Below, piece after piece: positions 16,867 to 24,568 of a stretch of DNA of 24,662 bases; position 1 is the stretch's first letter, and each line of letters starts with the position of its first letter. Under the pieces are notes generated by a model. The model was not told the origin of the DNA and did no database searches. It saw only the letters and a program-made list of their open reading frames with translations. Source of the DNA: a virus (taxonomy: Duplodnaviria; Caudoviricetes). The stretch lies in IMG/VR virus record IMGVR_UViG_3300009773_000010; one strand, written 5' to 3'. A program made the position numbers and the translations under genes.

Positions 16867-17226
16867 TCAGTCCTGCATCACCATTATTCTGGCCCTGCGG
16901 CAGAAGGCGGTCACACCGGCCTGACCGCTCCGGAATTGGAGGGTTAAAGAATGCTCCCCCTCGGTTAGCAGGACTCTCCCAAACGGAGAACAGATGCGGG
17001 GATCCTGCGCCACCAGGGGGCGGTAGGTTTCTTCGTTGACGACCTCGCCGTCCAACAGGATGCGGAGATAGACCGGGGTTTGGGCCAGGTTGCTCGATAC
17101 CTCTACGCACGTCCAGATATTGTGGTATCGGGCATTGGTAGGCCCGGCCGCTTCAACGACGGTGATCCACTCCCCCGTATCCGAGGTGAGCAGACCTTCC
17201 ACGACGTTGTTGGCGACGACGGTCAT
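16867..17226 (-). CDS. Hypothetical beta-sandwich virion protein (119 aa)
   Basis: GAGGT RBS, co-oriented and gap-filling. Contains LTEGEHSLTLQFRS, typical of small beta-sandwich domains. Confidence 0.7.
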   Translation of the reverse strand: MTVVANNVVEGLLTSDTGEWITVVEAAGPTNARYHNIWTCVEVSSNLAQTPVYLRILLDGEVVNEETYRPLVAQDPRICSPFGRVLLTEGEHSLTLQFRSGQAGVTAFCRRARIMVMQD

Positions 17227-17235
17227 CTAGCTACC

Positions 17236-17787
17236 TCACGAGAGGGTTACGTCCACTTCCATGGAGTAGCTATCGCTGGCCCCCTTGGTGCCCCACGCGC
17301 CTACCTTGCGGTTCAATCCGGTGCCGGTGCCGTTCCCGGTGAGGACGATCACTTCCTGCCAGGTGAACGATGCCACGCCGGCTGCGAAGGTGGATTTGAA
17401 CTGCACGGTCTGGCTGGACCGCTTGGGATAGGTGCTGTCCATGGCCGCATACGCCTTGTTGGTGGCGGCCTGGAGCGCGGTCTGTGTCGCGACGGCGGCG
17501 GTAGCGGAATCACCCACGCCGATGTACGGAGTGGCCCATGTGGGGGTGGTCTGCGCCCCGATGATGAGGTCGATGATCTGCGCGAGGCCCGCATTGAGGG
17601 CCACGTTGCCCTCGGTATCGACCTTGCCGAGGTAATCGCCGGCATCCTTGGCCATATCGATCACCTGCTGCTGAGGCATGCCCTGCTGGAGCATCTTGGA
17701 GTACTTGTTCTCCGGGTCGTAGAACCCGGTCCGCCTCATCTTGGTTTCCCAAATGTGGGTCTTTTCTGCCTTGTCGTGGATTGCCAT
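17236..17787 (-). CDS. Collar-fibre-like structural subunit (183 aa)
   Basis: Start moved to ATG 17787 behind a GGAGGT RBS. Motifs NVALNAGL..YIGVGDS..TQTAL..STFAAG..WQE..LNRKV..GTKG. Confidence 0.75.
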   Translation of the reverse strand: MAIHDKAEKTHIWETKMRRTGFYDPENKYSKMLQQGMPQQQVIDMAKDAGDYLGKVDTEGNVALNAGLAQIIDLIIGAQTTPTWATPYIGVGDSATAAVATQTALQAATNKAYAAMDSTYPKRSSQTVQFKSTFAAGVASFTWQEVIVLTGNGTGTGLNRKVGAWGTKGASDSYSMEVDVTLS

Positions 17788-17822
17788 GTCAATTACCTCC
17801 AAAATGAAATCATGGAAGTGGT

Positions 17823-18704
17823 TTAGATGGCCGTCAACGTGCAAAGCGCGTCGGCGTGCTTCACCCTCGGGAACAGGGACTCCCAGGTCCTGCCATAGAC
17901 TGGCGAGGTCTGCGGGTGCTTGCTATCGATGCCCAGCTCGTTCTTGGCATCGCTGGCCCGAACGAGGTCAAAGTAGGTGCCGGCGTTATCGACCGGGACC
18001 ATGAGGCCCTTCCCCGCCACGATCTTGGTGCTCTGGATCACGGTTCCAGGGTACGCGCCGGGTACGGGATTGAGGAGGCGCAGGACCTTCTGCATCTCAT
18101 CGATGCCGGTATCCTGGGACGCATCCAGTTCAGCGAACTGGGCGGGGTTGATGACGAGGTTGAAGTTCACCCCGTTGACCGCCTTCTCCCATAGCTTCGA
18201 TCTAGCGCCGGATACGGCCGCGATGGCGTTACCGAAGGTGCCGAAGTCCTTGCTCGTGGTGTAGGATTGCCCGGCCACGTTGTAGAGCCCCTTGATGACG
18301 TACTTGGCGTCGTCCTTGGGAGCCCATCCCTGGATGAGCAGGTCCTCCTCCTTCTCGGCCAGCTTGCGGGCGGCGTTAAGCATGGATGCACTCTCGATGT
18401 TGATGCCCTCGGAGGCGAAGGCCTCCAGGTCGCTCCGCACGATCTCGTAGTCCTTCCAGAGGAAGGGGAGCCGGAAGTTCTCGCGGGTGATGTTGATAGC
18501 ATCGCGGGAACCCTCCTCGCTCGGCATGCCGTAGGCGATCTGCGCCTCGTTCATGTCGCTGATCCTGTCCACATCGACGTTCCATTTGCCGGCGGGCAGG
18601 GTGTACACTTTCTGGAACAATCGCCGGGCGATGAGCGCCTGGCGAAGCGGCTCGACCATCTGGCGGTCGAGGTAATTCGCGGCCCTTTCTAGCGAGCTAG
18701 CCAT
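17823..18704 (-). CDS. Major capsid protein, HK97 fold, encapsulin/linocin M18-like
   Basis: 293 aa in the MCP position. Encapsulin-like motifs LIARR, LPFLWKDY..DLEA, LAEKEEDLLIQG..IKGL, LVINP, FDLV, WESLFPRVKHADALCTL. Confidence 0.9.
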   Translation of the reverse strand: MASSLERAANYLDRQMVEPLRQALIARRLFQKVYTLPAGKWNVDVDRISDMNEAQIAYGMPSEEGSRDAINITRENFRLPFLWKDYEIVRSDLEAFASEGINIESASMLNAARKLAEKEEDLLIQGWAPKDDAKYVIKGLYNVAGQSYTTSKDFGTFGNAIAAVSGARSKLWEKAVNGVNFNLVINPAQFAELDASQDTGIDEMQKVLRLLNPVPGAYPGTVIQSTKIVAGKGLMVPVDNAGTYFDLVRASDAKNELGIDSKHPQTSPVYGRTWESLFPRVKHADALCTLTAI

Positions 18705-18705
18705 T

Positions 18706-19605
18706 TCAGATCACCGCCTCGACGATTATGTCGCCATCGGCGGACGAGGCATCCTTGCCGGCAGCGGCCTTCCCGACCTTGACGACGCCGGGACTGATCA
18801 CTTTCAGATAGATGTTCCCGGCCACGGTGGCATCGGAGGTCGTATAGGATAGGGACCGGGCCGCGTCCACGGCGTATCCGGGGATCTTCTTCTGCGAGTA
18901 GAACAGCGGGGTGGTATCGGCGGTCTTGATGTCCGTTTCGACGAGCAACGCGCCGAGGGTAATGTTCGCCGCAGTGGCATCGACCATGTTATGCGCGACG
19001 AAGCCGGCGACGGCGACGGACTCGCCATCGATGAGGCCGTCCGCATCCCCCCCGCTCTCGGTGGACAGGGTACCGATGTCAATGGTGGCCGATTCAGCGA
19101 CGGTTACCGCCTGGACGATGACGTCCTCGATGATGATGCCGGCCGGGAAGATGATGCCGGTATCGAACTCGGCCGCCTTCTTCACGTATGGGACGCGGAT
19201 GGCGGGAACGCCGCCCATCATCATACCGGGCACGACGCGGCCGTTGGACCAGGAGAACAGGTCCTCGCCCTGGACGGCCACGAATCCCTTGGCCAGCTTG
19301 CCGAGGATGGCGTATCCGCCGCCCACTAACAGGGGGGCCTCGATGCCTATGTCATCGGTAGCGGCCGCGAAGGCCACGCTCCGGTCGGTAGGCTTGGAGG
19401 TAGGATCTGCTCCCTCCAATCCGATGAAGCCGAGGACGGGGTTCACGCCGTCGGCGACCTTGATCTGCTTGTCGCTGGAGCCGCGTATGGCGAGGCGGCC
19501 GGCGTAGAACTCGGTGGCATCCTCGACGGTGCGGAACTTGGGCCTGGGCTTGCCGTCAACGAGGACGCGGCCCACGCCCGGTGCAATGTAACCAGATTCT
19601 CCCAT
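18706..19605 (-). CDS. Capsid decoration/cement protein
   Basis: 299 aa between scaffold and MCP. Gly/Ala/Val-rich beta patterns (FYAGRLAIRG, GEDL..NGRV, VGKA). Confidence 0.7.
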   Translation of the reverse strand: MGESGYIAPGVGRVLVDGKPRPKFRTVEDATEFYAGRLAIRGSSDKQIKVADGVNPVLGFIGLEGADPTSKPTDRSVAFAAATDDIGIEAPLLVGGGYAILGKLAKGFVAVQGEDLFSWSNGRVVPGMMMGGVPAIRVPYVKKAAEFDTGIIFPAGIIIEDVIVQAVTVAESATIDIGTLSTESGGDADGLIDGESVAVAGFVAHNMVDATAANITLGALLVETDIKTADTTPLFYSQKKIPGYAVDAARSLSYTTSDATVAGNIYLKVISPGVVKVGKAAAGKDASSADGDIIVEAVI

Positions 19606-19607
19606 GT

Positions 19608-20672
19608 CTACTCCTCCACGTACTCACCTTTCTTGGCATCCCATCTACCGACGGTGGTCGCGGCCTGCTTGTTCTGGTGGGCCACCTGCTCAGCTCCATC
19701 CTCCCCTCCGGGGGCCGCATCCTTCTTGTTGAGCAGCTCCTCGAACAGGGCGGCGCGATCGTTCTCGAACCGCTGGCGGGTCTCCGCTTCCTTGTCCTTG
19801 TGGAGGTATCCCTTGGGCACCCAGGCCTTGTTCTTGAACTCGTTCCAGGCCGCTTCCTTCCTCTCCTTCTCGAGAACATCGGCCTTGTTCTTCAGGTCCT
19901 GGAGCTCGGCGTCCCTGGCCATGATGGCCTCGTCGCGCTTGTTGAGCTCCGCCTGCAACCTCTCAATCTCGGCCTTTCCGGCCTGGTCGTTGGCGTTCAT
20001 GTCTTCCTGCTCCTTGTCCTTGCTTTCCTCGGGCTTGTCACCCGCTGCGTGATCATCAGCCCCGGTCCGGTCCAGGTCGATGTCCGGGTACTCCTCCTTG
20101 ATCTTCTTGCGGAGGAAGCCGAACAGTCCCTTGGCCTGCTTCTTCTCATCTTTCTGCTCGTCGCCCATGTCCTTGGTCTCCTTATTCAGAAATCCGGCGC
20201 CCTGGTCCCAGGGCTGATCGCTCTCGGTCTCCTCGAATACCAGGACGTGGTGCGGCCGGACCGGGCCGGCCAGCGCTCCGTCGCGGACCGGCGCCCGGAA
20301 CCCGGTGCTCAGCGACAGTTCGCCGGCCGCGATCTTGGCGTCCATCGAGGCGTCATTGAACCGTGTGTCGCCCAGCAGCCGGGGGTGCCCGGTAGTGGAC
20401 AGCTTGGGGTTCTCCACCTTGCCGACGATCCTGCCGTTGATGCGGGCAAGCTCGACGGCCGGGTCGCTGTCGTAGGCGCTCATGTCCGGGTGGTCCTTGG
20501 CATAGATCACCGGGACGGTGGCCCAGGCGTCGACGGTCTGCGCGAAGCATCGGGCGTCGTAGAAGGTCTTCTTTGGCCCTACGCGACGGTTGAGCGTCTG
20601 CAGTAAGGTGTCGTGCTTCGAGTTGAGGTGCTCGGCGTTCGAGAAGTGCTGCAGCTCGGGATCGTCAGCCAT
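19608..20672 (-). CDS. Prohead protease-scaffold fusion (DUF2213-like N-domain + charged coiled coil)
   Basis: VPVIYAKDHP, LSLSTGF and HHVLV resemble the HP / S.G[YF] / H motifs of this protease-like family. The C-terminus is a Lys/Glu-rich coiled coil. Confidence 0.78.
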   Translation of the reverse strand: MADDPELQHFSNAEHLNSKHDTLLQTLNRRVGPKKTFYDARCFAQTVDAWATVPVIYAKDHPDMSAYDSDPAVELARINGRIVGKVENPKLSTTGHPRLLGDTRFNDASMDAKIAAGELSLSTGFRAPVRDGALAGPVRPHHVLVFEETESDQPWDQGAGFLNKETKDMGDEQKDEKKQAKGLFGFLRKKIKEEYPDIDLDRTGADDHAAGDKPEESKDKEQEDMNANDQAGKAEIERLQAELNKRDEAIMARDAELQDLKNKADVLEKERKEAAWNEFKNKAWVPKGYLHKDKEAETRQRFENDRAALFEELLNKKDAAPGGEDGAEQVAHQNKQAATTVGRWDAKKGEYVEE

Positions 20673-20691
20673 GCTATTGGCAGAGCATTGC

Positions 20692-20740
20692 CTGCGCGGG
20701 TTATTGGACTTTCTACTTTGAGGCCATTAATCGCCTGAAT
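20692..20740 (-). promoter_or_regulatory. Conserved 49-bp late promoter/operator, copy 2 (upstream of the capsid module)
   Basis: Matches 10954-11002. Its AATAA element lies 29 nt upstream of ATG 20672, which has no RBS, consistent with a leaderless transcript. Confidence 0.8.
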
Positions 20741-20743
20741 AGG

Positions 20744-20890
20744 TCAAGAGGCCTGCTTGCGCTTGATGTACCGCTTGACCGTCTTCCTTGCCACCTGGAG
20801 CTCCCGGGCGATCTGATTGATGAACATGTCCTCGATGTGCTCGTCGATGAATCTGCGCTGCTCCTCGCTGAGGGGATGTCCGGAGGGCAT
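20744..20890 (-). CDS. 48-aa helix-turn-helix protein
   Basis: MPSGHPLSEEQRRFIDEHIEDMFINQIARELQVARKTVKRYIKRKQAS. GGGGTGA RBS. Classic HTH pattern INQIARELQVARKTVKRY. Confidence 0.85.
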   Translation of the reverse strand: MPSGHPLSEEQRRFIDEHIEDMFINQIARELQVARKTVKRYIKRKQAS

Positions 20891-20892
20891 GG

Positions 20893-21552
20893 TCACCCCC
20901 GCACCGCCGGCTCCGGGCCGTAGTACGCGTCATAATACCTCGTCCCGTTGGGGTGATCGTCATGGGTCATAGCGTACTCCTGGGTCCATATCTGCCCGTC
21001 GATCTCGTTGCATGCCTGGCAGGAGCCGTGCGCGTGTCCGTCATGCACCGTTACCTTCTCCACGCCGTGATCATGGAAGGTTTCCAGCGTGGCCTGGTTC
21101 TGGATGCGGGCCACTTCCGTCCTGGCGACGGTGGAGGCGTGGGATCTCCGGGCATTGAAGTAGTCCTGCAACTCGGCGGCAACGCTCCCCTTGGGGTACC
21201 CTCCCTTCTTGTACTCCCGCACGCCGAGGGGCTTGCCGGCCTTGATTCCCTCGTCGATGATGCGGGCGATCTCACTGCGCTCCTCCTTGGCCAGGTCGCG
21301 GAGCCATGGAACCTCCTTGCCGCTGATCACCGACGCGCCCTTCTCGGTCAATGTTCCCCGGTATCCGACCGCGTACCTGGTCGCGGAATCCGATACCATG
21401 TTGAAATCGAGGCCGCCGATGACGGTGCGGCCAGCGTGGAGGGCTCCGGCCGCATAGGACGCGGCAGCCCCCTGGACGAGGATATTGACCAGGCCGGGCT
21501 GGAAGGCCCCATAGGCCGCGTTCACCACCGCCTCGATGCCGGGATCGATCAC
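20893..21552 (-). CDS. Minor head morphogenesis protein (MuF / SPP1 gp7-like)
   Basis: VARTEVARIQN, CQAC..DGQIW and HPN motifs. Directly follows the portal gene with a GTGA overlap. Confidence 0.85.
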   Translation of the reverse strand: MIDPGIEAVVNAAYGAFQPGLVNILVQGAAASYAAGALHAGRTVIGGLDFNMVSDSATRYAVGYRGTLTEKGASVISGKEVPWLRDLAKEERSEIARIIDEGIKAGKPLGVREYKKGGYPKGSVAAELQDYFNARRSHASTVARTEVARIQNQATLETFHDHGVEKVTVHDGHAHGSCQACNEIDGQIWTQEYAMTHDDHPNGTRYYDAYYGPEPAVRG

Positions 21553-23051
21553 TGCCCATCCCTCGCAGCCAGGCGGGCATAGATGTCGTCTGCTAGCCGT
21601 GTGTAGGCATCGCCGATGTCGCCCTCCAGGGTCCGTTTCCGCTCCTCGCTCCTATCCGGCTCCTTGTTCTCGATTTCCTCCTCGCCCTCTGCCTCCTCGG
21701 CGTTGGGCGGGACCAATGCGGGCGGGGCGGGATGGAACAGCTCCTTCTCGGCCAGCAGCTCCTGCTTCCCCTTGTCGTCCAAGGGCGGCAGCTCTAACTT
21801 CTCCCTTACCTCGTTGATGAGGGCCACGCCGGTATCACTGGCGATCTTCGCTTGCTGGAGCATGATGTTGGCCCGGTCCTTCTTGGGGGCCGGTATGTCG
21901 ATCTCTGCGCGGTAGTCCTCGAAGCCGTTCACGTCGAGGTACGTCTGCACGAGGGGCTGGAACGCTTGCTCCAGAATGGAGTGCCAGCCTAAGATGTAAG
22001 CGTCGGTGGCATCGTTCTCCGCGTTGCCCGTACTGCCCAGCGTGCCCTCCTGCCGCTTTATCATGCTGGACGGGGAGAAGAAATCGTCGATCTCCTGCTT
22101 CAGCTCCTCAATCGTCATGATGGCCACCTTCGTTTCCGTCACGTCGATGCCATCCACCTCCATGTTGGCCTTCAGGGAGAAGGCGGTATTGTTGCCCCAA
22201 TTCTCGAGGATGGCGTTGGCCCAGGCGATGTCGTCCTTCGATGGCTTGTTGGTGAACTTGATGAAGATGTTCCCGGCCCCGATGCGGTTGCATTGCTGCA
22301 TCTGCACCTTCCGGCAGAAATTGTACTCTCTGATCAGGCCGACGAGGACCGCCACCTGGGATTCGCCCGCCATCTGGGAGCATGTGGGATCCTTGACCAT
22401 GTACACGTTCCTGACCAGGAACGGTCGGGAGGTCATATCGAGAGATTGCCAGAACTGCACCTCCCCTGTATCCTCGTCCAGTACGATGCCCGGCAGCAGT
22501 TCGGAAAATTCATGCTTGGCCACTGGTGCTTGTACGGAGAATGATTCGGGAGGAAGATGGCGCAGCGCTTTCAAGACCCACTCGTTGCCCTCCTTGGCCC
22601 ATACGGGATTGTACAGGGCCGGCCCCCAATCGATAATGTCGTTGAAGGCCATCATCATCTTGGACCATAGGGCCACGCGGGGCGAGTCGAACATGCGCTG
22701 CATGTACTCGGCCAATTCCTCGTCCGGCTCCCCCTGGGGATTGGTGACATTTAGCTTGTACTTGTCCCTGAACACCAGGCGCTTCAATTTGGTCTTGGAC
22801 TTGACGATAAGGTGATTCCGCAGGACCTCAAGGACGACGTCGGAGTCGATCTGCCTCGGTATGAAGCCGATGCCGCCACGGTAGACGTAGACAGCACCTT
22901 CCTGGGCGCTGTTCGGCTCGTACTGTATCTCTTCCTGCATCGCCGCGCCGGGTGAGGCGGGAAGGGAGGCGGATATCTGGGCATCTGTCGAGCTGGACGT
23001 TGGCTTGGATCCTTTCCGTGGCGTTGAGTGCACCCCATTGACATATCGCAC
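21549..23051 (-). CDS. Portal protein (start uncertain: GTG 23051, GTG 23033 or ATG 22940)
   Basis: About 500 aa directly after terL. Contains INEVREKLELPPL, typical of portal C-termini. Confidence 0.88.
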   Translation of the reverse strand: MRYVNGVHSTPRKGSKPTSSSTDAQISASLPASPGAAMQEEIQYEPNSAQEGAVYVYRGGIGFIPRQIDSDVVLEVLRNHLIVKSKTKLKRLVFRDKYKLNVTNPQGEPDEELAEYMQRMFDSPRVALWSKMMMAFNDIIDWGPALYNPVWAKEGNEWVLKALRHLPPESFSVQAPVAKHEFSELLPGIVLDEDTGEVQFWQSLDMTSRPFLVRNVYMVKDPTCSQMAGESQVAVLVGLIREYNFCRKVQMQQCNRIGAGNIFIKFTNKPSKDDIAWANAILENWGNNTAFSLKANMEVDGIDVTETKVAIMTIEELKQEIDDFFSPSSMIKRQEGTLGSTGNAENDATDAYILGWHSILEQAFQPLVQTYLDVNGFEDYRAEIDIPAPKKDRANIMLQQAKIASDTGVALINEVREKLELPPLDDKGKQELLAEKELFHPAPPALVPPNAEEAEGEEEIENKEPDRSEERKRTLEGDIGDAYTRLADDIYARLAARDGQ

Positions 23052-23095
23052 AACGCAATCATTAGCCTTTCTGTGATATTTCTATCCTGTATAGG

Positions 23096-24568
23096 TTAGT
23101 AGGGGAACCTGGAGCCGCCGAACGCTCGCATGCCCGCGTAGGCGTCCTCGTCCACATTTCGGGCGATGGCCTTCTGAACGCTGTTGCCGCCGGCCCGGTT
23201 GAGAGCGTCATAATCCCCGTCACCCGATTCCTCCCGGCTCGTCCATATGAGATATCTCATGGCATCCATGGCGTGATCGTTGAACGGGACCGGCTCGTCC
23301 AGGACCACACCGTCCTTGGTGCGCCGCCACCTGTACCCGTGGATCTCCTTGATTAGGTTCACCGATTCCGCACTGATGATCAAGCGCTGCGCCTTCACGT
23401 GATCGATGCTCGCCTTCAATGATCTCTTGTCCGCCGGGAGGACGTTGAAGGAATCGATGGCCACCTCCCGCCCGTCTTCCAATTTCCCCTCGAACCCGGA
23501 GCATTGCTCCTGGATGCGGTCCGGCTCCGCGCTATCGGCATAGATGGGCGCGGTATGGTCCACGCCCTCCGCGTCCATGCGGGCCATCAACGCGTGGTTG
23601 GTCAGCTTCGATTCGTACAGCACCTCATCCAGGTACCAGGCCCCATCATAGTTCCAGCCGGCCACGATGGCCGAGGGATTGTTGTATCCGAAATCCTCCC
23701 CGTATGCCGTGGGGTCCCGGTCCCGCAGGGCCTCAGGCCATACTGCGTAGGGCAAGATCTCGTACCGCGTGTAGATGAGGTCCTGCAATACGCCCGGCTG
23801 GCCGAGCGCATAGACTCGGTGCCAGTTCTCATCGAGATCGATGAGGTGCTCGATCTGCGTGACCGTCGCCTCGTCCAGGTAGGGATTGTTCAGGTATGTG
23901 CTGTGGTGGCGGCCCACGCGGGGATCGGCGCTCTCCACCAGGTCCTTGATGACCCAGTGGTTGCTGTCTATGGGATTGTAGGTAAGGATCAGCTTATTCG
24001 TCATGAGGTTCCTGATCTTGAGCTGTCGCTTCTTCCGCTTGGCGTCCTCCCCCAGTAGGAGATCCCAGTTCGGCGCCCTGGTGGAACGCCGGCACCGGAG
24101 GTCGAGCTGCATGAAGTCCTCCCTGGTGAGCTCGGTCGCCTCCTCCGCCCACACCACGTTCGTCTCGTAGCTCTTGATCTTCTCCTGGTCGTCGAGCCCT
24201 ATGCCGTCAATGATCGATCCCGTGGCCTCGCAGGTGAGCGTGAGGTCGGTCTTGTTCTCCAGGACGTCCGCGTTCTTCGTCCCGACGCTCAGGCCGAGGC
24301 GCCGCAGCTGGTCCTTGAGCACGCGCCAGCTGCTGTGCTTGAGGCTCGGGCGGTACTTGCGGACAGCGCTGATCACCAGGTCATCGGTGCAGATGAGCAG
24401 CATGCAGAGGTGCTGCGAGACGCTGAAGGACTTGCCGCTGCCGGCGCCGCCCCCCATGACCTTGACCCTGGTGGCTGGATCTAAAAGGAAGTCGTGGAAG
24501 TGGTCAAGGAACTCGACCGGCTCCGGCTCACTTTCGCCGGTAGTCGGCCGGGATGTGGCGGATGACAA
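23096..24568 (-). CDS. terL: Terminase large subunit (PBSX-like)
   Basis: Walker A GGAGSGKS, Walker B VWAEEATE, coupling motif LTYNP, nuclease motifs GEDFGY, ADSAEPD and NDHAMDAMRY. TTG start preceded by AAGGAGG. Confidence 0.97.
   Translation of the reverse strand: MSSATSRPTTGESEPEPVEFLDHFHDFLLDPATRVKVMGGGAGSGKSFSVSQHLCMLLICTDDLVISAVRKYRPSLKHSSWRVLKDQLRRLGLSVGTKNADVLENKTDLTLTCEATGSIIDGIGLDDQEKIKSYETNVVWAEEATELTREDFMQLDLRCRRSTRAPNWDLLLGEDAKRKKRQLKIRNLMTNKLILTYNPIDSNHWVIKDLVESADPRVGRHHSTYLNNPYLDEATVTQIEHLIDLDENWHRVYALGQPGVLQDLIYTRYEILPYAVWPEALRDRDPTAYGEDFGYNNPSAIVAGWNYDGAWYLDEVLYESKLTNHALMARMDAEGVDHTAPIYADSAEPDRIQEQCSGFEGKLEDGREVAIDSFNVLPADKRSLKASIDHVKAQRLIISAESVNLIKEIHGYRWRRTKDGVVLDEPVPFNDHAMDAMRYLIWTSREESGDGDYDALNRAGGNSVQKAIARNVDEDAYAGMRAFGGSRFPY

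Noticed and set aside
17788-17822. T-rich tract after the MCP stop as a terminator
   Set aside because: TTTCATTTT is short and interrupted. Partial termination is possible but cannot be supported from sequence alone.
17823-18704. Cellular encapsulin nanocompartment operon
   Set aside because: No cargo enzyme gene is present, and the gene sits in the MCP slot of a full virion operon.
9741-20606. Other long plus-strand ORFs (9741-10913, 13672-14451, 17080-17826, 19581-20606 and similar)
   Set aside because: All lie opposite well-supported minus-strand genes in GC-rich DNA and show no recognisable motifs.
10954-20740. The 49-bp direct repeats as att sites, transposon ends or CRISPR repeats
   Set aside because: There are only two copies, 9.7 kb apart, flanking essential head and neck genes, with no recombinase or spacers. 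Their positions fit promoters.
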